From a phage: a stretch of DNA of 64,000 nucleotides. Both the position numbers and the translations under genes were made by a program. The notes beneath the pieces are model-generated. The model was not told where the DNA came from, searched no databases, and saw only the letters and a program-made list of their open reading frames with translations. Positions 10,683 through 19,743 of this stretch are shown here, piece by piece. The DNA is taken from NCBI GenBank assembly GCA_019385495.1, contig GCA_019385495.1_4102.1; one strand, 5' to 3'. The first letter of the stretch is position 1. Each line of letters opens with the position of its first letter.

Positions 10683-11118
10683 GGAAAGTAAATGTATTTC
10701 ACAAAAAGTTGGTTGTGTTATTGTTAAAAATAATAGAGTATTGAGTACTGGATACAATGGAACGCCATCTAAGCAGCCAAACTGTTGTGATGTAAATCAA
10801 CATTTAGTGAACGATGGTCGTTTTCAAGACTGGGTTGATGATGCAGCAAAACATGAACATCATGAGTGGAGTAATATTCATGAGATCCATGCAGAGATGA
10901 ACGCTTTACTGTATAGTTCTCCGACTGAACGCCAAGGAGCAACTCTTTACACAACTCTACAACCATGCTATACTTGTTCTAAGTTAATCGCAGGTAGTGG
11001 GATTACCCGTGTAATTTATCACAAAAGTTATCCACGAACACCACCTGAAGCGATTAAAGTACTGGAAGATGCTGGGATTATTGTTAACTGCATTTATGAC
11101 AAGGGTATGAATCAATGA
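10639..11118 (+). CDS. cd: dCMP deaminase
   Basis: Zinc-binding HAEMNAL and PCYTCSKLI motifs of the CDA/dCMP deaminase family; RBS GGAG. Confidence 0.85.
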   Translation: MKHTTWLKIAEVVAEESKCISQKVGCVIVKNNRVLSTGYNGTPSKQPNCCDVNQHLVNDGRFQDWVDDAAKHEHHEWSNIHEIHAEMNALLYSSPTERQGATLYTTLQPCYTCSKLIAGSGITRVIYHKSYPRTPPEAIKVLEDAGIIVNCIYDKGMNQ

Positions 11119-11369
11119 CATTTATGATTGTTGGATTTCTATCAATATTAGTATTATTTTTTATAACAGTAATGTTTGTTATTGATGATAATGACATTTC
11201 TCAACGAAACTATGAAGTGCGTTTTTCTGCACAAAATAATAAGTACTATATTGTAAACTGTATACACCGTAGTGAGAAAAGGGTAACAAGTAGATTTGGA
11301 TTTACCATTTATTATAAAGACCGAGTAGAAGCTGACATGATTTGTCAGAAGCTTAATACTGTAGAATAA
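11115..11369 (+). CDS. small membrane protein
   Basis: N-terminal hydrophobic helix, ATGA overlap. Confidence 0.4.
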   Translation: MTFMIVGFLSILVLFFITVMFVIDDNDISQRNYEVRFSAQNNKYYIVNCIHRSEKRVTSRFGFTIYYKDRVEADMICQKLNTVE

Positions 11370-11374
11370 AAAAA

Positions 11375-11396
11375 GGAGCCACAAGGCTCCTTTTTT
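11375..11396. terminator. bidirectional intrinsic terminator between convergent genes
   Basis: GGAGCC-acaa-GGCTCC with A-run 5' and T-run 3'. Confidence 0.65.
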
Positions 11397-11397
11397 G

Positions 11398-11775
11398 TTA
11401 ACCAGGGATGTTACAATAATACAAATCCCAAGGGTGATATTTCATTTCTCCAGTACTCAATTTAATTTTATGAAACTGGAATGATTCGGCAAATGCACTA
11501 TCATCAATCTTAATACAAAAAGTATTTTTTGCTAAAGTTGGTGCAATCTCTAGTGCAGTTTTAGATGCATCTAATCTGATTTTATCTTTATCAAAACTTG
11601 TTATAGTTACAAAACGATAAACATTAAAATCAGTGTCGATAAGATCGTAAACACAACTAGAACGTTGATTAAAGATGTTCAAGTTATATTTCAATTCACC
11701 GTTTATATTAGCGGCGGTTACACAAAAGCCGCCGATATTGAATGGTAATTTACCTTGTGCTGCTATAGCTTTCAT
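11398..11775 (-). CDS. hypothetical protein (125 aa), only convincing minus-strand gene
   Basis: ORF with RBS AGAGGAAA upstream on minus strand. Confidence 0.5.
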   Translation of the reverse strand: MKAIAAQGKLPFNIGGFCVTAANINGELKYNLNIFNQRSSCVYDLIDTDFNVYRFVTITSFDKDKIRLDASKTALEIAPTLAKNTFCIKIDDSAFAESFQFHKIKLSTGEMKYHPWDLYYCNIPG

Positions 11776-12084
11776 ATTTTATTTCCTCTTATTAATAAAC
11801 AACTACTTTTACAGATTGTTGTACCTTTTATATTTACACCGTCAACTAAATATCCACCTAAAGTGAATGGAAATTGGTCTTGTCCTGCGATTGGTTTTCC
11901 CATTAAGGGCACTCCTTATAAAAAAGCTTTACATTTGGTATGTGTTTGTGATAGAATCTTCACAGTGATTGTACTAAGGGGATTATCAGATGAGGGAAAT
12001 TTGAGTTAAGTACAGAAAAAGTTTGACTTAAGTGTTTAAGTACTATATTATTTATATCTTCCTAACCAAAATTAAGGATTTGTT

Positions 12085-12693
12085 ATGAAAAGACTATGGC
12101 TTGAGGTAGTACAAGCAGTAATGCTTCTGATGTTGATAAATTTTCCAGCCAGTGCTGGTATTGAAAGTAAAAATGTGATAAAGTACAATCCTGAAACACG
12201 TAATGTATATTTCATCTCAGATATTACGGATGGGTCACTAAAGCGTATGATGGAGTTGTATGATAAAGAACACTATGATACCATTACCATCACATCGCCA
12301 GGTGGTGATTTTGATGCTGGGATTAAAATGGCAAACTTCGTTAGAGACAATGGTATAAATTTAATTGTTTCTAGGTATTGCAACTCAGCATGTACTGTGG
12401 TATTCTTCAGTGTAGCTTTTGAAAAGCGATACATGATAAATCGCTCAGTACTGGGTCTTCATAACATTTCGATTAAAAGTAATGTTACTGATGGTGATAA
12501 TTCATTTGTGTCTGTAAGACAGCTATCAACTTTTACCGAAGAAATGGCAACAAAGGTAGGTTTCCTTTTTTCACTATATGCAGCAAATGGAATCCCACCA
12601 GAAGTTCTATTTAGAGTTAGTCGTTCTCGTGGTGAAGATGTTGTAATATTAACAAAACCAGAACTGGTTTTTTACGGTTCAGTCAAACAATAA
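12085..12693 (+). CDS. secreted ClpP/crotonase-fold-like protein
   Basis: Signal-peptide-like N-terminus; ITSPGGDFDAG motif resembling ClpP/SppA. Confidence 0.4.
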   Translation: MKRLWLEVVQAVMLLMLINFPASAGIESKNVIKYNPETRNVYFISDITDGSLKRMMELYDKEHYDTITITSPGGDFDAGIKMANFVRDNGINLIVSRYCNSACTVVFFSVAFEKRYMINRSVLGLHNISIKSNVTDGDNSFVSVRQLSTFTEEMATKVGFLFSLYAANGIPPEVLFRVSRSRGEDVVILTKPELVFYGSVKQ

Positions 12694-12763
12694 AAATAAT
12701 TAAAATAACAGGATGATTATGATGTACTTCCTTTGTTATTAATTATATTGAGATTATATAACT

Positions 12764-13024
12764 ATGACAAACATCCAAAACTTGACATCTATTATTTTTT
12801 ATGCTACTGTAGTAATGTATGCTACAGTTATTTTTCTAACAGTTTTCATTTACAAAGATTATCGTAATGGCTTTATTGATCCAACTACAATGAAGTTCAA
12901 TTCAAAATTCGAAGCAATAATTTATTATGTACTATCAACTTCATACTTGGTGTGCCTAATGTTGTTAGGAGCACTAATTTATATCTTATACACAACATTA
13001 TTTGCAATTGGAGCTATTTTATGA
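12764..13024 (+). CDS. small membrane protein
   Basis: Two hydrophobic helices. Confidence 0.4.
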   Translation: MTNIQNLTSIIFYATVVMYATVIFLTVFIYKDYRNGFIDPTTMKFNSKFEAIIYYVLSTSYLVCLMLLGALIYILYTTLFAIGAIL

Positions 13025-13614
13025 CCTGTATTATTGCACACACTGACGGAGTAAGTTCTTTTATTGCTGGGGATAAGTTAGGAAGCAATGGATTTACAAA
13101 AACTGTTCAAACTGAGCCAAAGGTATTCGAGAAAGAATTTATCAAGTTACATGATGATGGACTAACTAGAACTAAAGAAGTAATGGCATTGGGTTATACT
13201 ACATCATTTCGTATGGGTCAGTTGTTAAATTATAACCTTAATTTACCTGAACAAGATGCTAGTCAAACATTTTCACAATATTTGGTTCTTAAAGTTATTC
13301 CAATCATTCGTCAAATGTTTAAAGAAGAATGGGGTGCACGAGATGCATCACAAGATGTAGGTGGTGGACAATTTATCATTCTCCACAATCATACAATCTA
13401 TGAAGTTCAAGAAGACTTTTCAGTACTACAACCTAAAACAAGAATTACCGCAGTAGGTAGTGGGACATATCATGCAATTGCAGCAATGCAAGCATATATT
13501 GAAGTTGAGAACGAATCTAAAAAACCACTACACGAACGTATCAAATCAATTTTTAAAATTGTTAGTGATAATGTAACAAGCGTAAGCGAAGAGTTTGATG
13601 TTTTAAAATATTAA
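13021..13614 (+). CDS. HslV/proteasome-beta-like Ntn hydrolase
   Basis: MT-CIIAHTDG..IAGDKLGSNG N-terminus (Thr right after Met) and AVGSGTYHAIAAM near C-terminus, resembling HslV; ATGA overlap. Confidence 0.5.
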   Translation: MTCIIAHTDGVSSFIAGDKLGSNGFTKTVQTEPKVFEKEFIKLHDDGLTRTKEVMALGYTTSFRMGQLLNYNLNLPEQDASQTFSQYLVLKVIPIIRQMFKEEWGARDASQDVGGGQFIILHNHTIYEVQEDFSVLQPKTRITAVGSGTYHAIAAMQAYIEVENESKKPLHERIKSIFKIVSDNVTSVSEEFDVLKY

Positions 13615-13641
13615 AAGTACTAATATTATAAGAGAGAATAG

Positions 13642-13836
13642 ATGATGGCATACACAATTTATGAATGGGTTTTGAGTTTTTTTATAGTTTTTTCTATTGT
13701 TGTAATTTATAACAATGCTAAATGCTTATATAGAGACTTGAAATCCAATGGTTATCACAAAGATAATAATTTTATGTATGCCTATCATATTGGAATCATT
13801 CTGTTATTATCAATATATTTAATTGTTTTTTTATAA
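13642..13836 (+). CDS. small membrane protein
   Basis: 64 aa hydrophobic. Confidence 0.35.
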   Translation: MMAYTIYEWVLSFFIVFSIVVIYNNAKCLYRDLKSNGYHKDNNFMYAYHIGIILLLSIYLIVFL

Positions 13837-13845
13837 GGATTGAAT

Positions 13846-14598
13846 ATGATATCAGAAAAATTTATAAGCAATGAAGGTAAAAAGCGATTACTGATTATAT
13901 CAGGTGCAGGACTTTCTGTTGAAAGTGGTATGGAACCTTTTCGATTTGATGATGGTTTGTGGGATACATTTAAAATTAATGATGTATGTAACATTGCTAG
14001 TTTAACTACGAAATATCACGTTGTTCATTCCTTCTATAATACATTACGTGTAAAATTGGGACAATGCGAACCCAATGCAATGCATTATTTTATAAAATCG
14101 TTAGAAGATCAATATGGTGATTGCTTCCTTCATATGACTTCTAACATGGACGATCTTTATACTCGTATTGGTGGTCATGAGCTTAAACTTCATGGAAACT
14201 TGTGCGAAGTTATTGAAAATTATAGTATCAATTCCGATGATTATAATGTTATTAACTGCGGATACGAACCATACATACCAAAACATGATGTTTTTGCTAA
14301 ACCAAATGTAGTAATGATTGGAGAATATCATCGTTATGTTGATGGTATTCGCTTACCAATTTACGAAGAACGAAATAATGTGTTGAAATCTCTTAATGAA
14401 AATGATACAGTTATTGTAATTGGTAGTAGCGATACAGTACTGGTATGGTCGAGATTAGCAGCAGCATTACCATGTTATAGTGTTAATGTTAACATTCGTA
14501 AAAATGATAATGATTTTTTGTTTAATGAAAAAGTTATCAAGCCAGCAACCAAAGCAATACCGCATCTAGAGACTATAATTAAGGAACGTATGAAATGA
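13846..14598 (+). CDS. Sir2-family NAD-dependent deacylase/ADP-ribosyltransferase
   Basis: SGAGLSVESGMEPFR, TSNMDDLYTRIGG..ELKLHG, PNVVMIGE, VIVIGSSDTV sirtuin motifs; canonical CxxC zinc pairs absent. Confidence 0.75.
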   Translation: MISEKFISNEGKKRLLIISGAGLSVESGMEPFRFDDGLWDTFKINDVCNIASLTTKYHVVHSFYNTLRVKLGQCEPNAMHYFIKSLEDQYGDCFLHMTSNMDDLYTRIGGHELKLHGNLCEVIENYSINSDDYNVINCGYEPYIPKHDVFAKPNVVMIGEYHRYVDGIRLPIYEERNNVLKSLNENDTVIVIGSSDTVLVWSRLAAALPCYSVNVNIRKNDNDFLFNEKVIKPATKAIPHLETIIKERMK

Positions 14599-15146
14599 GT
14601 GTTAAAGAAGTTCCCTTTGGTGAATATGGCACACGTGCAAATTTTGTATTTTGTTATTTCTTTGCAAGAAAATGCAACCCTTACAAAAACTATGAGTTGA
14701 ATGATATACCAGAAGTAAATTTAGTATTACTGCAATTACGATGGGATGGTCTTCTTGGTGGATGTGGTGGAACCGTAGAAAGTACTGATATCTCACTAGA
14801 AGATGCGTTGCGTCGTGAAGTTCAAGAAGAAATGGATTACAATATTTTTGTTTCCCATCTTCGACCACTCAAAACTTTTGAAATTTACCCAGGTGCAAAC
14901 AGTCACAGTTTTAGCTATGAAGTAACCTATGACGAGTTGAAACACATTAGAGATGGATACACTAATGCTAAACATGCAAGTGCAGAAGTTGCTGGTGTAA
15001 ATTTATGTCATATTTCTCGTTATTCTAAGGGACAAAATCGAGAAGCGGGATATAATAATCTTATGACACAGAACTTCATCGGTACAGCAAAACAAGAATT
15101 GGAGTATCTGGTTCAAAAAGAAAACTTACTAATTAGTTATCTATAG
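14595..15146 (+). CDS. Nudix-like hydrolase
   Basis: WDGLLGGCGGTVES..ALRREVQEE resembles a Nudix box; ATGA overlap with Sir2 gene. Confidence 0.55.
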   Translation: MSVKEVPFGEYGTRANFVFCYFFARKCNPYKNYELNDIPEVNLVLLQLRWDGLLGGCGGTVESTDISLEDALRREVQEEMDYNIFVSHLRPLKTFEIYPGANSHSFSYEVTYDELKHIRDGYTNAKHASAEVAGVNLCHISRYSKGQNREAGYNNLMTQNFIGTAKQELEYLVQKENLLISYL

Positions 15147-15155
15147 GAGTTTAAC

Positions 15156-15476
15156 ATGTCTTACTCAATGTTTTTGGATGATATTCGTGATGCAAATCTA
15201 TATTATCCAAACCAAGATATGGTGGTATGTCGTGACTTTAAAAGTGCATGTGAATATGTTATTGAAAATGGAATTCCAGCATTTGTATCATTCGACCATG
15301 ACTTGGGTGATGTGAGCGAAGACGAAAAGACTGGATATTCTTTTGCTAAGTTTCTTATTGATTATATGTTTGATAATAATATTAAAGAACCGTTTGAGTA
15401 CTTTGTTCACAGTAGTAATCCTGTTGGTAAAATTAATATTGAAACATACTTAAACAATGGATTTAACTCATTATGA
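15156..15476 (+). CDS. hypothetical protein
   Basis: ORF. Confidence 0.4.
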   Translation: MSYSMFLDDIRDANLYYPNQDMVVCRDFKSACEYVIENGIPAFVSFDHDLGDVSEDEKTGYSFAKFLIDYMFDNNIKEPFEYFVHSSNPVGKINIETYLNNGFNSL

Positions 15477-15775
15477 TTCAAACACACATCAAAAGTCTTA
15501 TTTGTACTGTTCTGTTAGGTGCAGGAGTTCTTTGGTTCGGACAGTATCACGAGAACACTAAGCGTACCAACATTCACTACAATACCGCAGAAGTTGTTAG
15601 TTTAGGACAATGTAGCGAGTCCAAATGTTCATTTATGTATAAAACCCAAAGTGGTGAAGTACGTAATGGACTATCAAGAGAACCAGTTTCAATTGGTCAA
15701 CTTGTTTACCAGGAGTGCTGGGAAGAAAAGGTTCGAGGTTCACGTTGCTATGTTGAATACGAACCAAATATGTAA
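15473..15775 (+). CDS. membrane-anchored hypothetical protein
   Basis: N-terminal TM helix. Confidence 0.4.
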   Translation: MIQTHIKSLICTVLLGAGVLWFGQYHENTKRTNIHYNTAEVVSLGQCSESKCSFMYKTQSGEVRNGLSREPVSIGQLVYQECWEEKVRGSRCYVEYEPNM

Positions 15776-15835
15776 TAATCCGAGTCAATAACATTAGTCG
15801 AGTACAAGGATGTACTCATAACTCAAGGATGTTTT

Positions 15836-17275
15836 ATGAAAAAATATACAATTGACACAAACGTACTACTATCTGACCCTAATGCATCTATTGCTTTTGA
15901 TGGTGCTGCAATCATTCTACCATTTACAGTACTGGAAGAATTGGATTCAATTAAGAGTCGTAATGTAGATGTTTCACGCGATGCTCGTGTTGCTATTCGT
16001 AACATTGAAGCAATTATTGCAGATGCATCACATGATGAGATTAGTAGTACTGGTGTTAATATTGCTGATGTTCATACCAATATGAATCCTGATAGCAAAT
16101 TGTTTGTTATTACAAACGAAGAAGCTGAAGCACTAATTCGTACTAAAGGTTCAGAAGAGAAAGTTCAAACCCTTCTCAAAAGCACAGTACCTGATGATAA
16201 AATCATTCTGGTAGCTTTAGCAACAGAATCAGTACTGGTAACTCGTGATATCAACATGCGTATCAAAGCACTAAGTTATGGTGTCGAGGTACAAGATTAT
16301 CGCCATGATATTGTTATTGGTGATAGTGATTTGATTCACATTGGTCAACACCATTTGGAAATCAATTTTTGGGAAGTATATAGCAACTTAACCAATACTA
16401 ATATTCAATCCGAACAAGTTGGTCGTCGTTTGTATCATTACATTTCCAAAAGCTTGATTGAGCATTTGCTCCCACAAAATCTATGCATCGGGGATTATCT
16501 ATATGATGATGCAGACGTATTATTTGTGTACGAAGGTCAATCAGCAATTGAGGAAGATGATGGAACACTAACACCAGAAGATATTTTGGTATTCCAAGAT
16601 ATTGGACAATCAGTAGCTTTACGTGCTAAAGTATGGGATATTAAAGCAAAGAATATCCAACAAGCACTCGCCATCAACAGTATTCTCGATCCTGATGTAC
16701 ATCTAACAGTACTGCTAGGTTCTGCTGGTACTGGTAAAACACTAATTACGATTGCGACTGCATTAGAATTAGTACTGGAAAAACGTAAATACGACCGAAT
16801 CATCTTCTCTAAAACTCAAGACTCACAGTTTGAAGATATTGGTTTCTTGCCAGGTTCAGAAGCAGAAAAAGTGATTCCATTCTGTGGAGCCGCAATTGAC
16901 GCGTTAGAGTTTCTTCATAAAGATGATGCTAACCCTCAAGGTAGTATTGAAGAGATTATGAAACGTAATGTTATTCAATTTAAAGCACTAAACTTTGTAC
17001 GTGGACGTTCATTCACCAACACTATTCTAGTAGTTGATGAATTCCAAAACATTACACCTGCACAAGCCAAAACAATCTTGACACGAGCAGGATTAAACTG
17101 TAAAGTAGTAATTATGGGTAACTTGAGTCAGATTGACAGTAAGTTTATTAGTCCTGTTAACAGTGGTTTGACATATGTAACTGAGAAGTTTAAAGATTGG
17201 GCAGGTTGTCGTGTCATCGAACTTGAAGGTGTTGTTCGCTCACCACTAGCTGAATTTGCTGAAGAAAATATGTAA
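15836..17275 (+). CDS. phoH: PhoH-like ATPase with N-terminal PIN domain
   Basis: Walker A LLGSAGTGKT; 479 aa architecture typical of PIN-PhoH. Confidence 0.85.
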   Translation: MKKYTIDTNVLLSDPNASIAFDGAAIILPFTVLEELDSIKSRNVDVSRDARVAIRNIEAIIADASHDEISSTGVNIADVHTNMNPDSKLFVITNEEAEALIRTKGSEEKVQTLLKSTVPDDKIILVALATESVLVTRDINMRIKALSYGVEVQDYRHDIVIGDSDLIHIGQHHLEINFWEVYSNLTNTNIQSEQVGRRLYHYISKSLIEHLLPQNLCIGDYLYDDADVLFVYEGQSAIEEDDGTLTPEDILVFQDIGQSVALRAKVWDIKAKNIQQALAINSILDPDVHLTVLLGSAGTGKTLITIATALELVLEKRKYDRIIFSKTQDSQFEDIGFLPGSEAEKVIPFCGAAIDALEFLHKDDANPQGSIEEIMKRNVIQFKALNFVRGRSFTNTILVVDEFQNITPAQAKTILTRAGLNCKVVIMGNLSQIDSKFISPVNSGLTYVTEKFKDWAGCRVIELEGVVRSPLAEFAEENM

Positions 17276-17278
17276 TAT

Positions 17279-17312
17279 TGTATGGGACATAATGTCCCAT
17301 ACATGATATAAT
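17279..17312 (+). promoter_or_regulatory. promoter with 25 bp perfect palindrome (candidate operator) over the -35 region
   Basis: TGTATGGGACAT-A-ATGTCCCATACA (17279-17303) then TGaTATAAT (17304-17312). Confidence 0.5.
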
Positions 17313-17343
17313 GTTGTTATCATAATACAGAAGGAGATATAAA

Positions 17344-17532
17344 ATGGCTAAACAACCTAAGAAAAAAGAACCAGTAGCAAAAGTTAAGAAAGAGAAAGTT
17401 ATTCAATCTAAAGAACAACGTATGTACGAACAACGTAAGAGTGAAACCCTATCCGGTCTACAAGCTCTACGCAAACAAGGTGTACTAACTCGTGCACAGT
17501 ACCGTGAACTAGTAGCTCAGAAAGGTTTTTGA
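17344..17532 (+). CDS. small basic protein (62 aa)
   Basis: RBS AAGGAGAT; K/R-rich. Confidence 0.45.
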   Translation: MAKQPKKKEPVAKVKKEKVIQSKEQRMYEQRKSETLSGLQALRKQGVLTRAQYRELVAQKGF

Positions 17533-17636
17533 TTCATTTGAAGACATATTGTGGAGTTCTTAATAAATACTTTTATAAGAATAATAATACTTTTTATTAA
17601 ATTAAAAAGAACTCCATGTGTTATTTCAGTTTTTCG

Positions 17637-17662
17637 TCCCTGTCTTTTGGCAGGGATTTTTT
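17637..17662 (+). terminator. intrinsic terminator
   Basis: TCCCTG-tcttttgg-CAGGGA followed by TTTTTT. Confidence 0.65.
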
Positions 17663-17758
17663 ATATCTATATCTTGACAAAAGGAACAAATCATGAGAAC
17701 ATGTATTAAAGGAAGAATGACTTTCCATTAGGTTATTTTAACTTAAAGGAGATTTCAT

Positions 17759-18316
17759 ATGTTTTTTGACCAAACATTTACGTTGTATCACGATTCTGGT
17801 AAAGTTGAGATTATTGATAATCTGTTAGAGTACATTGCGGAACATGACGGTATAGACCGTTTCCACAGTAAGATGAAATTCGATTTAGCTGAATTCAACA
17901 AAAAGAATCGTGAAACATTTTGGAAGAACCGTTTCTATTACGAAATGTTTCCAGAAAAGTTTGTGGGTTATTATCTTTGTACTGAAAAAGGATTACTTGT
18001 ATCTCCTGATTTACTTATGGGTGAATACATGACACTCTATAATGAGTACTGGGAACATAAACGTAAAGCTCGTGATACGGAATGGCGACATAAGCGTTCG
18101 TATATGTACAAACATAACCACTCCCGATACAAGCGTCCTAAGACACAACAAGAGCGTCGTATGGCTTGTGCAGTACTGAAGGATGAGGGGGAACCTGATA
18201 TACGTGGAAGACGTAAGATGCGTTCATTACCATCGTATTGGGACGATATCAGAACAAGACATAGTACTGGCTGGAAATACAGTACTAAACGTAAACATCA
18301 ATACAAAGGGAGCTAA
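17759..18316 (+). CDS. hypothetical basic protein
   Basis: RBS AAGGAG; R/K-rich C-terminus. Confidence 0.45.
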   Translation: MFFDQTFTLYHDSGKVEIIDNLLEYIAEHDGIDRFHSKMKFDLAEFNKKNRETFWKNRFYYEMFPEKFVGYYLCTEKGLLVSPDLLMGEYMTLYNEYWEHKRKARDTEWRHKRSYMYKHNHSRYKRPKTQQERRMACAVLKDEGEPDIRGRRKMRSLPSYWDDIRTRHSTGWKYSTKRKHQYKGS

Positions 18317-18343
18317 TGCTCCCTAATTTTATAGGTGAACTTT

Positions 18344-18673
18344 ATGAACAAAATTGACGTTACTGTAGTGATTGGTTATATTGAAATTGAACCGTGTGGC
18401 ATTGATACCTTTATTGACACTCTTAATAAGTATCGTGCTGAATATAACGGTCACATTAGTCTTTCACCAGACGGTGGTTACGGCGGGTTCGATGGATACA
18501 ATGTAATTTGGACCAGAGAAGAAACTGACGAAGAATATAATACACGAATTGAAGCTGAATCTAAAAGATGTGAAGAAATTGAACGTCAAGAAATGAAACA
18601 CTTAATGAACAAGAAATCATTAAGTACCGAAGAGAAATCTAAACTGCTAAAATACATCAAGGATTACATGTAA
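18344..18673 (+). CDS. hypothetical protein
   Basis: ATG start; ORF-track start 18335. Confidence 0.4.
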   Translation: MNKIDVTVVIGYIEIEPCGIDTFIDTLNKYRAEYNGHISLSPDGGYGGFDGYNVIWTREETDEEYNTRIEAESKRCEEIERQEMKHLMNKKSLSTEEKSKLLKYIKDYM

Positions 18674-19323
18674 TGAAAAATGTAACTCAAGAAAAGATTC
18701 TGTACCTTGCAAAGTACAATGGTGGTTTCAATATCATTAGCCGTGAGTACAGTGGTAATTTGGCTAAGTTGATTGACAGTTTGTTAGAATTTGATTTCAT
18801 TAAATGGGAAACTAATGAACTTTGGTACGAATATGCTGGTCAGAAATGGGAAAGTGATTATGATAATGCAATACATTCATACACTATCACCAAAGCAGGT
18901 GAAGTTCGATTAGCCATTATGCGTTGTGCATATACTTACAAAAATCATAAAGGTGAAGAAAAACATATTCGCAGAAATGAAGAGCTATTACTTCTCATGG
19001 AAGCAGCAAAAGTTACAATGCATGATTTGTTCCACCACCCACGTTGGTATGAAAATCTAACAAAAGCAGAGTACAAAGCTTTACGTTACATTGATGAACA
19101 AAACAACAACCCAGTTGAAGTTGATGATGTTAGTGATGATGAACTAAGCCTCAAAAATGTATTTGAAAGTACCAGTACTGAAAGTATTACAGACATTTCT
19201 GTACAGATGGCACTAAAAGCAATGGAACTTTTCAAGACACAATATGAAGGACACAGTGCTGAAGAAGTAGAGCGTGAGTTCATTACACGCGTACAGATTG
19301 CATTGTTCCAATCGAAAAAGTAG
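18673..19323 (+). CDS. hypothetical protein
   Basis: ORF. Confidence 0.45.
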   Translation: MKNVTQEKILYLAKYNGGFNIISREYSGNLAKLIDSLLEFDFIKWETNELWYEYAGQKWESDYDNAIHSYTITKAGEVRLAIMRCAYTYKNHKGEEKHIRRNEELLLLMEAAKVTMHDLFHHPRWYENLTKAEYKALRYIDEQNNNPVEVDDVSDDELSLKNVFESTSTESITDISVQMALKAMELFKTQYEGHSAEEVEREFITRVQIALFQSKK

Positions 19324-19328
19324 GATGA

Positions 19329-19508
19329 TATGAAATTTTTACTTGTACTAATCGCAGTTCTTATGGTATTATCTTGTTCAGTTAGTAATGGTTCATACAT
19401 TTACGTATCAGTATTTGAAGAAGCTCCCGACAACTGTGTATTAACTCACACTGGAATTGTGTTAGTTAATGGTAAACCATCAATCGAGTACTTATGTATA
19501 GGTGATTA
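19329..19508 (+). CDS. small putative lipoprotein (59 aa)
   Basis: Signal peptide with LSCS lipobox-like motif; below ORF-track cutoff. Confidence 0.4.
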
Positions 19509-19512
19509 AATT

Positions 19513-19743
19513 ATGAAATTATTATATATTTTTATTATTTCTTCTATTGTATTTCTGAGTGGATGTGCTCCTAAAGTTGATGAGATGGATGCTGAAATCA
19601 TCCGTCAAGGTTTAACAAAACTAAATCACCAAGGAACACTATACGCATGTCATACTATGCGTCATGGGCAAGATCTTAATCTCATGTGCAGGAAGATTGT
19701 GAATCGCAAACGTCTTAATACTGTTCCGAAGGATGCACAATGA
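19513..19743 (+). CDS. putative lipoprotein
   Basis: Signal peptide with lipobox LSGC. Confidence 0.45.
   Translation: MKLLYIFIISSIVFLSGCAPKVDEMDAEIIRQGLTKLNHQGTLYACHTMRHGQDLNLMCRKIVNRKRLNTVPKDAQ

Noticed and set aside
11755-12009. 84 aa + strand ORF in the divergent promoter region
   Set aside because: Overlaps the start of the minus-strand gene and the promoter region; no RBS; likely spurious.
17666-17702. Sigma70 promoter at TTGACA 17674
   Set aside because: No acceptable -10 hexamer at 16-18 nt spacing, so not called.
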